Positions 27,153 through 39,599 of a stretch of DNA of 64,000 nucleotides are shown one piece after another. Below the pieces are notes generated by a model that was not told the DNA's origin, did no database searches, and was given only the letters and a program-made list of their open reading frames with translations. This DNA comes from Eledone cirrhosa (Eukaryota): contig OZ024740.1 of NCBI GenBank assembly GCA_964016885.1, forward strand, positions 134,788,001-134,852,000, written 5' to 3'. Made by a program: the position numbers and the translations under genes. The number at the start of each line of letters is the position of its first letter. Positions within the stretch are counted from its first letter, which is position 1.

Positions 27153-27992
27153 ACAAGGTAGCAGTTTTAATCTCAAATCACTTGCTTTTTAGTTACTATC
27201 TAATGTCAGTTCTTTAATTATTTTTCAGTACTTTGTTATTTAAAAAAAGAAAATAAGTGCTAGGATCAATATGATGAACTAAACGCATGTAGGTAGTGCC
27301 CCAATATGGTTACAATCCAATTACTGAAACCAATAAAATATCATAGATCAGTAATCTGAATGTTTTTTGATGAATGTGTAATATCTGTATTGAATCTCAT
27401 TAATATTTTTCTATAAATACATATACACGCAAACATATATTAACTCTTTTGATACAAAACCACCTGAAACTACCTCTGGTTTTATGATACAAGGATGTTT
27501 GTTTTATAAGTGTTTAAAGTATTTATCTAAAAACCTTCCACCATAATTTTATGTTATATTCCCAACACCAGCTTAATAATAAGAAAGACATTTTTTTTTA
27601 AATTATTATGTAATTAATTAATAACCATGCTTACATAACACTATTTTTCGGATAATTGACAGCGCCACATTAAATATTTAAGTATTGAAGTCTAATACTA
27701 GAAATGTTCATAAGATTATGTTGAAAAGTAAAGATGCTACAAATATTTGAATTAAGAGACCAGTTGTCAGACATTTTCAGTTAAATCATTACAGGATATT
27801 AAGAGAGTCTAGGTAAAAGAAATAAAGTAAAGTGAATCAGGTTAAAAAAGATTATCAACTGTTAGTTTCAGACCATGTTTTTCAATGAAAGCAAGTACCT
27901 AAACTAAAGATGATCAACTCTTGAAGTCAGCTAGGAAATTAAAGAAAAGGATATGAGGATAGGATAGTTATGCTGAAAAGTGTGCTTATAGA

Positions 27993-28210
27993 TTAACCCT
28001 TTAGCATTTATATTACTCGATATTTACTATTGTATTTTATGGAAAAGGCTTTACCTTACATGATTATCTCACATAATACGGAATTTATGAAATTTTGATA
28101 TCATTTATTTTCAGAAGAATACCTTAACAAAAGTGTAAGTGGTCATTTTGAACAGAAAGAGGTGAGAGAATTCTGGCCAGAGATAGCCAGTTTAAATGCT
28201 AAAGGGTTAA
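27993..28210. mobile_element. piggyBac MITE family P1
   Basis: Perfect TTAA-CCCTTTAGCATT ... AATGCTAAAGGG-TTAA termini. Confidence 0.9.
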
Positions 28211-30199
28211 ACATACTAGATAAGTTTGTCTCTGTATGAATTTAGATGATTTTAATCACAATCTAACAGAATCATTACACTCCATTGGTTTTTGTAGGTT
28301 ATGGGCACAATTTTTCCTGAGCAGAGAAGCAAAATCATCAGATTGATTGAATAATGTATTTATTTCCAGTTCCATCATCATTGTTTTCAGTGGTAGGAAA
28401 AGCTTTTTCTGCACTAACTTTTCTACAGACAAGATGCTCTTCTTGATGTCAACCCATTCATTGTTTTAAGGCTGGTATATACTGCTAGTGTTCATCAAAC
28501 GACTACATTGTGTGATGTAGTGTTTATGCAAGGCACAAACAAATATAATTGTGTCAATATGGAGATGTTCATGACATATACATATATAATGGGATTCTTT
28601 AATGTTTCTTTATGTAAAATTTATTCACAAGACATTGGCTGGTCCGAGGCTACACACACATATAAAGTATGCAAAAATGAAGAGAACTATGGAAAAACAA
28701 CGCTTTGCTAAACACAGAAATAGATTCATCCTTCAGCTACATGTAGTAAAACCTGTTTTTCTAAGGCTGGCTTAAGTTCCTATCTCAGAACTCCTCTTCA
28801 TACAGTTGATCCAACATTCCAGCAGACATGCTCATATGCCATATGTGTAATGAGACATGTAAGTTCCATGCTAGTATAAAAAGAAATATAAACAATACTG
28901 TGTCACAAGAGCCTCTTATGTGCTCATGTATGTAAAAAGCACATCTGACGAGAAGTGGTCAAGCTTTGAACAAGAGCATCCACCATCACATACATGCACA
29001 CACAGACCCCCCCCCCCCCAGACACACACACATATATATATATATACACTCACAATAGGCTTCTTTAATGTTTCTGTATATCAAATTCATTCACAAGATA
29101 TAACATGATACAAGTCAGTAGTAGAAGGTACAGAAAGTGTCATGTAGTAGGACAGATCCTGAAACAATGTGGTTCCAAAGCGAACTTCTTAGCCAAATAA
29201 CCCTTTTGGGTGGAATAAGTTGTGTAATCAATATCCTCAACACAACTAAGGGGGCTTGCCAGCCCTTTGTCTGGCAAGACCTCTACATCTGGATGCCCTT
29301 CCTATCACCAAATACTTTACAGAATGTACTGGGTGTGTTTATCATGTAGATCACCAACACTAGGGAGAATGTCATGTCCTTGACATGATTGGAGGGACCT
29401 CGCCACCCTTTTTGGCAAGTTTTCTATAGCTGGATGTCCTTCCTATCACCAACGACTTAACAGCATACACTTTTCGTGGCAGACATGAGATGTCAGTTAC
29501 TGTTCCAACAGAAGAGCCCTTTCTGTTCTGCAGGAGTGGAAGAGGAGATTAGCATGAGGTTTTGGGTACATGGTGGAGTGTGATTTGATAGGGTGATGAG
29601 CATGGGGGAAGAGGTGACCTCCAATAGCATAGGAGATGTAGTGAAAGTGAGAATACCTAAGCTGTGATAGTGATGGAGGCATATTCACTAGCGTGTGGGG
29701 GAGCATAATTAAGAAGTGATAGTGGAAGGCATAGGGGCATTGGCAGAGTGGGGTGCATAGAGGTGGAGGAAATAGCTAGTGTGATAGAAAGGGTATCTAA
29801 GGAGTTTAGCAGTGGAAACAGCTGACATAACATAATAGTTTGTCAAGAAGAGGGTGAGGTGAATGCATGGGTTACTGATGTGGTGAGGTGGCTTTAAGGT
29901 ATTACAGAAGACTTAATTGAATCTACTCTGAAAGGATCTGCTGTGCCTCCAAACAATACATCAGGAAATTTCTCTTTTTCAAAAAGAATGTAAATCTAAA
30001 GCACAGTGCAGGGTTTCAACTCATCACTAATCTAAAGAAACATTTGTCCATGTAACAGTACCCCCTGTACTACTTATTTTCAGTTAAATAGACTGACCAT
30101 TTATAGCTATGTATCTATGGTATGTTTCAGAAAATTGTTTTTAAAGTTTAGTACCATAAGATGTGGTTGATGTTCAGCTTTAACAGCAGCTGTAAATTG

Positions 30200-31330
30200 A
30201 CATCTGTGGGAAACAAACTCCATAGGCTTGACATTCATGAGAAGGATTAGACATGGTGGTTAGTATGATGTCTAGGAGGAGAGACAGAATAAATGACAAG
30301 AGGATGAGAGGCATGTTTGTTGAATGGATTTCTGTGGAGGTGATATGCAGAGGCTGTTGTAATAGCAGTAGAATAGAAAAAACAAAATGGTGTGACGCAT
30401 GTCTGTCGGCCAGAGATTGAAGTGTACTGGAGAGTGGGATCTTGCTAATCGGCTGGGTGGTTTTCTTTTGGATGTAGTCTAAATGTTAGAGTAGTATTCC
30501 ATTCTGAATCTGACTTGAGCTTTGTAGAGAGTCAGCATATGTTCACAGATCAAGTATTTTATGACCTTGAAAAGAAAAGCTTGTTATGAATATGAGATTA
30601 TTAAGAGAGATCATCAATGATTGTAAAACCTAGCATTTGTGGAAATTGGAGGTTTTTAATTGCATGTTGTCCAATATCAGAGAGTGAAGTACAAGGGTAT
30701 TTGACTGATATACTCCATGATTGTCTTTGTGCTGGTTAATGAGACAAGATTGTTATGTCCCTATTTTGGAACATTTTCCATGTCTCTGAATGTGGAAGCA
30801 GTGCATACTTGACACGGTGTCTATGTAGTATGCAAATGACACCTGTGTACATATCAAGGAGGACTAAAGATCAGTAACATTTGCATAAGTGTGAGAGTTG
30901 CTACAAGTGACAGTGAGAAGGTAGTTAATGTGCATGAGCATCAAATCCATGAAGCATGGAAAAAGACAGGCATTAAATGATGATGATAAGGAAGAACATG
31001 GCCAACTTAATCAAACTCTAGATACACCAGAGTTAATAGTGTGTATGAGTTTCATCTGAGCAGTCATGGAGCAGAATGATAGGACACTTTCGACCTAAGA
31101 GAGATATAAATCTTAGCCAGCAGATTGTTTGCTCAATATTTGTTGGTGTCAAATGCAACATCGTGGTTTTCCAAGTTCCAAAGGAGATCTGGTTATATGA
31201 AAGCTGTAACCATGCACACTGAGGAAATGTGGGGTTCATGGATTTGGATGTGACTGCAAACTATTGTTTCCATCAATTTTGTGATGTTGGAAATGAGAGT
31301 GAGAGACTCCAGTAGAGAAAGATTGAAGAT
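30200..31330 (-). mobile_element. Highly degenerate CR1/Jockey-group LINE RT fragment
   Basis: Minus-strand remnants LTLYKAQVRFRMEYYSNI and LISNITKLMETIV. Confidence 0.6.
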
Positions 31331-32417
31331 AGATGGCGAGCTTAGTGTTTCAACTTCTAACCGTCGGGTCATCAATGGTCCTCGGTATTGTTTATATACA
31401 AACATTGGCTTTTTTTTTTATCATAAAAATCACATCATTGCTGCATTTACACCGACAAATACATTCCAAGTGAAACGTTTGGTATCCAAAACCGTGTTTT
31501 TTTTTTTACCAAATAAATTCAGGTTTGAATTTAGAAATTATTAGGATTCCATCGGAGATGTCAAAGTAGGAAGTGTCTAGGTAAAACTGGTTACCTTACA
31601 CAGAGCTTTTGTACGGGATGGGGTATAGTCGACTGAATCCTTTCGCAATTCATTTACTGACACAGGTTGCACTAGTCAGAAAGACTAGCTTGACCTTTAT
31701 GAGATTTGAAACCAGTACAGTGATTTACCGAACTTGGACATTCTACTGTCTCAACTGTCCTTGAAGTATATTAATATACTGACTTTCTTTGACTAGGTAC
31801 AGATATGAATTTTTGAAGAGAATAATGTATAATCGACTAAATGTATTTTATCGTTTCTGGAAACAATTAAAGACAACGTGGACCTGGACAATATGCTGAG
31901 AAATTATCTATATTTAAAAGCACTACCGTTTCTGCTAATTTCTTAGCTAAGCTAAAATTTTAGTGGTTAAACGTTTATGTAAACATTTTATATATTCATA
32001 TGAAGTTTGTCTCATTCTAATTGTAAATAACATCGCATCGGGAATTTAGTTTATGTAATCAAAACAATGTCATTAAAGACAATAAAGATATACTTTCGAA
32101 ATTCGAAACTGGGTTCGATTTATATAATTTAGATAACATTTTATAGAATGTGAACATTAGGTATCTATCATAAAGTTGTATATAAACCTTGATACACAAA
32201 ACTGAAGTTGTTTCAATAACATTGACGATGCAAAACCATTTTTTCAATGACTTCAGTGTTAACAGGTATTTATACTACTAAAAAAGTAATGAAGTGCTTA
32301 CAAAAAAAATGCATTAACTTCACTGAGTGTATCTTTGGAAATTTCATTGAATTATCAATGAAATAAGACAGAAATATGAGCAATATATGTTATAAATTAT
32401 TGCGAGGAGACACTCAC

Positions 32418-32433
32418 CTTTGATGGTCGCCAT
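32418..32433 (-). CDS. NDUFS7: NDUFS7 coding exon 1 (MATIK + G, 16 nt)
   Basis: Minus strand reads caagATGGCGACCATCAAAG|gtgagt, a strong donor, phase 1. It joins in frame to the exon at 23663-23777. The 16-nt coding length matches human NDUFS7 exon 1 as I recall it. Confidence 0.85.
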
Positions 32434-32496
32434 CTTGCCCTTGCACTATCTCAAAACGAGGCACTTCCGGTAAAAGAAAAAAGTATTGGGTCTAAA
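32434..32496. promoter_or_regulatory. Bidirectional promoter between NDUFS7 and PIAS with a central ETS/GABP motif (CACTTCCGGT, 32462-32471); both ATGs lie in YY1/TISU-like AA(G/A)ATGGCG
   Basis: Divergent start codons are 63 bp apart and the motifs are read directly. The surrounding ~31.3-35.6 kb retains CpG, unlike most intronic DNA here. Confidence 0.8.
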
Positions 32497-32520
32497 ATGG
32501 CGGACGCGCAAGACTTGAAG
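32497..32520 (+). CDS. PIAS: PIAS-family SUMO E3 ligase, coding exon 1 (MADAQDLK)
   Basis: aaaATGGCGGACGCGCAAGACTTGAAG|gtttgt, 24 nt, phase 0. It parallels the vertebrate PIAS1 MADSAELK and PIAS3 MAELGELK N-termini and joins in frame to 56813. Confidence 0.88.
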
Positions 32521-35131
32521 GTTTGTGATGATTTTTCTTTTACGCTTCTTTACATGTTTTCTTTCGGTTAACTTTGAATGAAAAGCATGTTTTCAGTATC
32601 GTTCCTTTCACTCGTTCTCTTAACACTTTTGTTGGTTATCATTTCTTGTTACTATTGAACCCGCAAAGAAATGTACATGTATTCATTAGTAGTGGTGGTA
32701 GTAGTAATAGCCAGTGTTAAGTTAAGCTTTGAAAAAAATATAACAACAAAACAGCACTTTAAAAAAAAAACTAACAAACAATCGAACAGGTTTATTATAG
32801 TACAGCTTAAGAGCATAATTGTTGATATATTTTTACTATTGTTATCACTGAAAACAACTCCTGACTCTACTTCAGTCATTGTTGTTATTAATAATAGTAC
32901 TAATAGTAGTAGTAGTAGTTTTAGTACCACTAGTGTAGGTGATGGTGATACAGGCATATATATACATACTCTGACTACACACGGTTTAATATTTATACAC
33001 ATGAATATAATGTTATAGGAGCTATCAGCTTGCTTGATAGTTACCATCACCACCACCCCATAATAAAGTTAATATGTTCATCCTTACTCAAACCTTTCCT
33101 CTCCCCTATACCATTTCTTCCACCAACGTGCACACGGATCCTATTAACAATTTATCAATAACACTTGCAAATTATACCTCGAAAAGGGTTACTTAAGTGT
33201 CTCTCTCTCTCTCTCTTTTTATATCTGATATATAATCAATCAATCAAGCACATAGTCATACATGCTATTCTACATGTTTACCCCCCCCCCTCTCTGTTGT
33301 TGGTTTTGAGTAGGCTATATATTTTATCTCTCTTTTTGGTTACTCAATTGAAACTAGTCTTCCCTTTCCCGTCACTAATTAATTTTAAAAAAAGGTGAAT
33401 TTATTGTTGAACAGAAGTATAAAATAACGAAAGGATAAATTAATAAACAGCGAAAAAGGAGGAGCAAACTCTATACCCCTTGTTAGGCGGTGTATGTCGG
33501 CTGCGCCCCGCGGACAAGATAACTCACACACGCTTGTCTTGTAACGCGTGTGTGGTGTTGCCTAGTTAGTAATTATGTCTGAAGTACACTAGTTTTTTTT
33601 TTGTACGAGGAGCGCCCGGTACATTGCTGTTCCATAAGTCTGATTATATATATATATATTTAATTATAATTATATATATATATAATCAGACTTACGAATA
33701 TATATATATAGTCCCGTTCTTTCACTTTTTTCATCTCTCTCTCTGTTTGCTCCCAACCAAGCCGCTTGCTGCTTGACAGGTGGACTACTTGCTGGTTGAA
33801 TTGATTGCTTGCTTGCCTGCTGCTTGAGCAAGCAATAGTAGGTTGCTTGCTTTGCAACAAGCTCACTCGCTTGCTTGCTTGCCTGCTCTATAAGCTTTTC
33901 CAGCTAACTTAATTGTCGGCTGTCTCTACTGTACGTTTTTGTACTTCTTTTATATTCTTCTCTCAGTTCTGCCCATTTTTTTTTAATATTGCATCGCTTT
34001 GTTATATACAAAAGGAAAACAATTACGTTACTATTAAAAGCTAAATAAAAAATACAATGTTTACACACGCAACATTCCATTTTTTTTTTACTCAAGATAT
34101 AAACATTACATATACATTTTACAAATGAGATATTTTAAGAATGTATGTATAGGTATGTGTATGTAGATGTATTTATATATATTTATATATGTTTGTGTAT
34201 ACAGGGAAAGTGAGAGTTTTGTGCATATCTGTGAGTGTTTTAGGTGGAGGGAGTTAACTGCCACTCAAATGATTTGGAGATAATGTTGACATAGATTTCT
34301 ACTTTCATCTCATCATTACCTTGTCGATGTATTGGTTGATAATACTGTTCTTGGAATTTCCAATCATTAAAATCAAAGCCGTTTTGGCTGACCTCCCATT
34401 CGTTCTTTCATATATTTTTCTGTCAGTCTTTTCTTTCTTTCAATGTTTCTATTTGTTTCATGTTGTTACTTTCAGTTTCTTAAACATTTTGAGAAACAAA
34501 AACAAAATAGATTTGAGTAAATACGATTTTTTTTAAATAGGTGTTCGTATTATATATAAAACAACGCTCAGTTTGTTGAAATTATCTTTTATTTTTTTAT
34601 TATTATTTTTTAGTTAAAAATATGCAAAACCTTTAAAAACTAAATTAACTTTTCTCTTTAGGTGAAGTATAGATAAATTATATTTGTTATTAAATTGGAC
34701 TTTGGTTCTCTTCATTCGTATATAACAACTAATATTACTAAATAATGATGATAATAATAATTGTTTCTACTTTTGGCACAAGGCCAGCAATTATCCCAGT
34801 GCATTACTGAAAATAATAATAATGGTGTCTGATTTAGGCACAGGGTCAGCAATTTATGGGAAGGGGGAAAGTCGATTAAATCAACCCCATTGTTTGTATA
34901 TCTGATAAGCAATATTTTCATTAATGAGGCAAGTAGAGCTGAATATATATTGCTTCATTATATGTAACTAATTATGACATTTATGAATGTTGTATGGTCC
35001 TCGATACGTGTAGTTAAGTGTTCCACAGAATTTTCATTTATTTATTTCAGTAAATTCAGCAGAATTTTTCATATTGTTACTTGCATAGTAATTATGCTTT
35101 GCATTGGGTCAAGGGATTCTGTTTCTTTCAG

Positions 35132-35132
<1 letters not shown>

Positions 35133-35219
<87 letters not shown>
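35133..35219. repeat. Compound (TA)n(TG)n microsatellite
   Basis: Read directly. Confidence 0.95.
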
Positions 35220-36727
35220 AGAGGGCAGTCGTTTTAGTCGGTTGCAGACATCAACATCAGACAAATTGTTACATAAAAACAACTTTCAAGTCTCCCCGCT
35301 TTTTTCTCTTTCGTTTGAGGCAGGCAGGGGAAGCTATAATATATATTATTTATAGAATATTATTTCCACTGTGTGATTAGGTACTTAAATGCTTGCATTG
35401 TTGTGATAAAACAGGAACAAAAATATTAAAATAAAATATTGTTTGTAAAAGATTTGACCCAATTTGTGTAAAGCAATTTTTATGATAGTGTCTTACTCTT
35501 CATACATTTATCACCATCATTTTGTCTTCTCACCTGGACTAACATCTATATGTAATCCAAAATAGTATTGAACTTTTCGACAAATTCGTTATAACTAATA
35601 AAGCTTGTCTGAATCTGGCTAGAAAAAATTTGGGTTGTGAATTGCTGAATCAGTATTTTTCGACTTTCTCCAAGAGACAAGCAATTAAATGAATGTGTAT
35701 TGTTTTCCAATTTCTGAATTCGTAACTAGCTGGTGAGGATGAGTTGATGTGGTGGACTAATAATAATAGAATATTGCTCTGTTTTGTTGAATTGAGTTAT
35801 CAGGGATTAACTCTGTATAATAGACTGTTGTTCTCCCTATGGGTTGTTAATGTAATTAACCACTCTTAGGTTATATCTCTATTATAAAATGCACATTCTT
35901 TTCAACTGAGTTATGTAACTTACTTAGCTTAACCTTTTCTTTCTGTCTAGAACACATTATGTAATGTGCCATTGCTAGAGAATGTTTATGCTATTAAGTT
36001 TGTTTTGTTTGTTTTTAATCAAAATTTTCCATTATTAGCTATAGTCAATTTTAGAAACTTTTTCTGCTTCTAGAGCCATCAAGCATTTTGTATTCTAAAT
36101 ATATTACAATTTGGCATAGTTCTTGCTAATTATCAATTTTAAAGACATTGTTTTCTTTCTTTTCTAAATTCGGATCCATTTTATTTAATAATATAAGTAA
36201 AATCTGAAGACCAGAGCATGGCTGCCCAAGTAGCTTAGCTACTAGTAGCTTATATCTTGTCTCCAGCTCTACATTGTGTCAGTGGTCAAAGCACATAAAT
36301 CTCAATGGTCAAATCTGCCAAAGTCTACTGAAGGTACCGCATGGTGGTATATTTTGTGGTTGCAAGTAGCAGCTGCACTGTAAAATTGTCAGATGATTTG
36401 TTGGTTTGTAGTGAGTTGAAGTTCTCCAACAGGAAAAACTGTCTGCAGTAGACTGGCATCTTTCCAAGGGAGATTCGTGTCTCAACAGCTTAATGTTACA
36501 GAAAGAAACCAGACATGAGCATTAGTGGACTGCAGAGCTCTATGAAAGGACAGAAAGACAATATCTAAAGAAACTATTTTTCTCTGTGTAATCAGTAAGA
36601 AAAAACATCTTTTTATGAAATCAATAAACTATGTTTTAAAGACCCTGATGCTGGGGAGGACAAAGTTCTGGGTCCAGTTTATACATTTACTAATTATTAA
36701 TTCTTTACTATACTTAGTCATATAGAT

Positions 36728-37070
36728 GATGGCATAGCTGTGTCGTTAAGGGGTGCTCATTGTAATCACATGGTTTTGTGTTGAGTCGTATGCATGACAT
36801 CTTGGACAGGTGTTTTCTACTATAGCCTTTGGTTGACCAATTCTTTGTGTGCAAAATTTTGTAGACAGAAATTGTGTGGAAGCCTATTGTGTGTGTGTAT
36901 GTGTGTTCCTGTCTGTTTATATTTACTATTTGGTCATATCCTTCCTATAACTTAGCATTTCGACAGATAGAGATCAATAAAAGAAGTACCAAACTTGAAA
37001 CAAATAAATACTGGGACCAATAAGATCTTTGAAATTGTCTTAAAGACAGTGCTCTAACTTGGTTGCAATC
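36728..37070 (+). mobile_element. tRNA-derived SINE family C (degenerate; related copies near 5165, 18350, 29050, 40905, 47050, 61097)
   Basis: Shared core cttgg-ca-gtgtcttctactatag...gcct-tgtgagt-aatttggt-gacagaaactg. Confidence 0.65.
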
Positions 37071-38189
37071 TAAAGTCTGAAACTAGTAAAAGAATACATT
37101 GCAACTAAATTTAATCTATCTTGTTCTCTCTGATTGTGCTGCTTATAAAAACAGTTCCATTTATAGACAAACTTTCCAACATTAGCTATCTTATGCCTCA
37201 TTGTTAGTGTTGTTTGATCAAGAGATTTAAGTACATTAAAGTACATAATGATAGCTATTACTCTCATTGTCTTGGGTAGATATACACAAATAGATCACTG
37301 TAATGTTCTATCTTACTACTCATGAAATTCAATTTCCCTATGATTAGGGCATACTGCTCCAAAATATTCAAATGAGTTTATTTATTCAACTCCTGAGATG
37401 AAATTAGCAATATTTGCATATTTTAATCATTTAAAAAATCTATAGTTTTTGGTGTACTTATTCATAGCCATTGTGTCTTAATACATGGGGTTGTAAAAAG
37501 GAATTTTAAACTATGATTTTGTTTAAAGCTAAATGTTAATTTTCTTTAATTATGTATATCAAGTTATTATTAATTCAGGATTTCATTAGTATTTCTGTTT
37601 AAGTCTACAGAAGTATATTATGTCTACATAGGCAACAAATATAGAATGTATTTTGCTATATTTGGATATCTGATGAGAAATTATGCTATATATATTTCTT
37701 TTTTAAAAATGCGTCACTTTGTTAATATTATTTTGTTTTTATATACTAGTAAAGGCATGCAGCCTAATGGTTAAGTATGTTGAACTCATGATTGTAAATC
37801 TGTGAGTTTGATTCCTGGATCAGAGGGTGCATTATGTCCTTGAGCAAGACACTTTATTTCACATTGCTCCTGGCTGGTGAGCACTTGGGCTTGAGTCAAA
37901 ATTTTACTTAACTAGTGTTTAAATATACTAGTTTTCCTAGAAATGGATGAGCACCACTAGGTTTAAATGTATGTAACTACAGCACCCTTAAGGCTCCGAG
38001 ATTCATGACCGGCACAAATACCGAAATGAAGAAGGTTCTTCTTAAAATTATGATGGAACGTTTCCTAATAAATATGATAAACATTTGATAATTAATAGTT
38101 TTGTATTTTAAAATCAGAAGTTGTTTTAAGTGGGTTGGTATGAAATAGGTTAACCTCAATGAGTTCATCCAAAAGCAACAGCAACTTAA

Positions 38190-38620
38190 TAAACAGTAAC
38201 ATTTGCTCATTAGAGTGTTGTCTTGCTACCAACATAATTTTGTCAATGTACAATAAATGTTATCAGCATATTTAGAGAGCACACTTCAAATCAATTTAAA
38301 CTCTGATATAACCAACAGATGATTACATTCTGAAACATGAATATTAGTAAAGATACCTTATTTTCCTCATTCATTTGTAAGCTGAAAAATCAACAAGATA
38401 ATATAAAATGGAATATACTCTTCAGAGCTAAATCATATAATGGAAAAAAAAATACATAGAACTTATGTACTTCAGAAACCTACAAAATCCTGCTATATAT
38501 ATATAATATACTTAGAAGTGTCTAGGATACTAATTCATCATCCACTGATGAGCTTGAATTGGTAATTCTATTCACAATTAACATTGCGAAACAACAAGTT
38601 GTCTGGGTGATAGGTAGTTA
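38190..38620 (+). mobile_element. Penelope-like element remnant: decayed GIY-YIG endonuclease C-terminus followed by a pLTR-like segment
   Basis: Hand translation gives C.L...CL..NII.QC ... SNQFKL*YNQ...F*N...LFSSFICKLK...IKWNILFRAKSYNGKK..*NLCTSETYKIL, matching the PLE endonuclease pattern. The TGA stops at 38304 and 38331 fit CGA->TGA decay. Confidence 0.75.
38537..38611 (+). ncRNA. Type I hammerhead ribozyme motif
   Basis: Stem I ATCATCCA/TGGGTGAT; CTGATGA at 38545-38551; stem II closed by GC/GC; GAAA at 38588-38591; stem III CAA(CAAG)TTG; GTC triplet with predicted cleavage after C38603. Confidence 0.8.
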
Positions 38621-38871
38621 CCACAATTCCGGTTTGTATTTATTTTCTTGATTTTTTCTTAAATTGAGACAAGCAAACCCAATTGTCTATAGTTAGTATT
38701 CTTTTCACCTTAGCGAATCTGGTCCCTTGCGATTTGAACACATATATGTATATATCTGTGTTCGTTTTTCTTTTATATTCTATTATATATATATATACAT
38801 ATATATTTATATATAGTCATTTAGAAAGAATCTCTCATACAACCATAACATTTTCATAACTTATAGACACT

Positions 38872-39065
38872 TTAGCCCTTTAGCATTTATATTACTCTAT
38901 ATTTACTATTGTATTTTCGTGGTAAAGGCTTTATCTCACATAATATTGAATCTATGAAGTTTTGTTATTATTTATTTTGAGAACAATACCTTAACATCAC
39001 TATGAGTGGCCAGTTTGAACAGAAAGAGTTGAGAGAATTCTGGTTGAATACAGGCGGTTTAAATG
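38872..39065. mobile_element. piggyBac MITE family P1, truncated
   Basis: Left TIR CCCTTTAGCATT and body present; right TIR incomplete. Confidence 0.75.
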
Positions 39066-39233
39066 TGTTTTTTCCACAATTTAACTACTGGATTTTTTAT
39101 GATGAAACTCCAGTACCTAAGTAAAACAATATTTTGCTCACATTCCCCATGAAATTCATTCATAAAAATTTCTAATATAAATATGTCTTAAATAGACATA
39201 GATTTTTCTTGTATATACATTCATGCATTAAAG

Positions 39234-39599
39234 TGGGGGTGGGCAATATACGGCCTGCGGGCCAGATGCGGCCTGTAGAAGCATTCGTCGAATTTTTTTT
39301 TAAATCAACAAATTTTTGTGTATAATACTAAGCCGAGACTAGATCTAGTTACGTTTTTGTTCTGGTATATTCTGTAATGTACAGACACAGATAAAAAGAA
39401 AACTTTGTTTTAAGATTTTTGTATTAAATATTTTATTAATTTATGTATTATAATCATGCAGTTTATATTTTATATTTTCTAAATTCTAACTGAAGAAAAT
39501 TAGGGTTACTGGCACACTATATCCAATAAATGGTGCGGCCCTCTGGTGTTCATGACCCAGTCAATGTGGCCCCAGATCCAAAACGTTTGCCCACCCCTG
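39234..39599. mobile_element. Non-autonomous hAT (Charlie/Buster-type) element with 8-bp TSD
   Basis: TSD CATTAAAG at 39226-39233 and 39600-39607 with central TA; TIRs (TG)GGGGTGGGCAA / TTGCCCACCCCTG; subterminal GCGGCC motifs. Confidence 0.9.

Noticed and set aside
32652-33056. Overlapping ORFs of 134 and 115 aa near the promoter
   Set aside because: Low-complexity (TAG/TGG)n-driven frames inside PIAS intron 1 with no recognisable domain.
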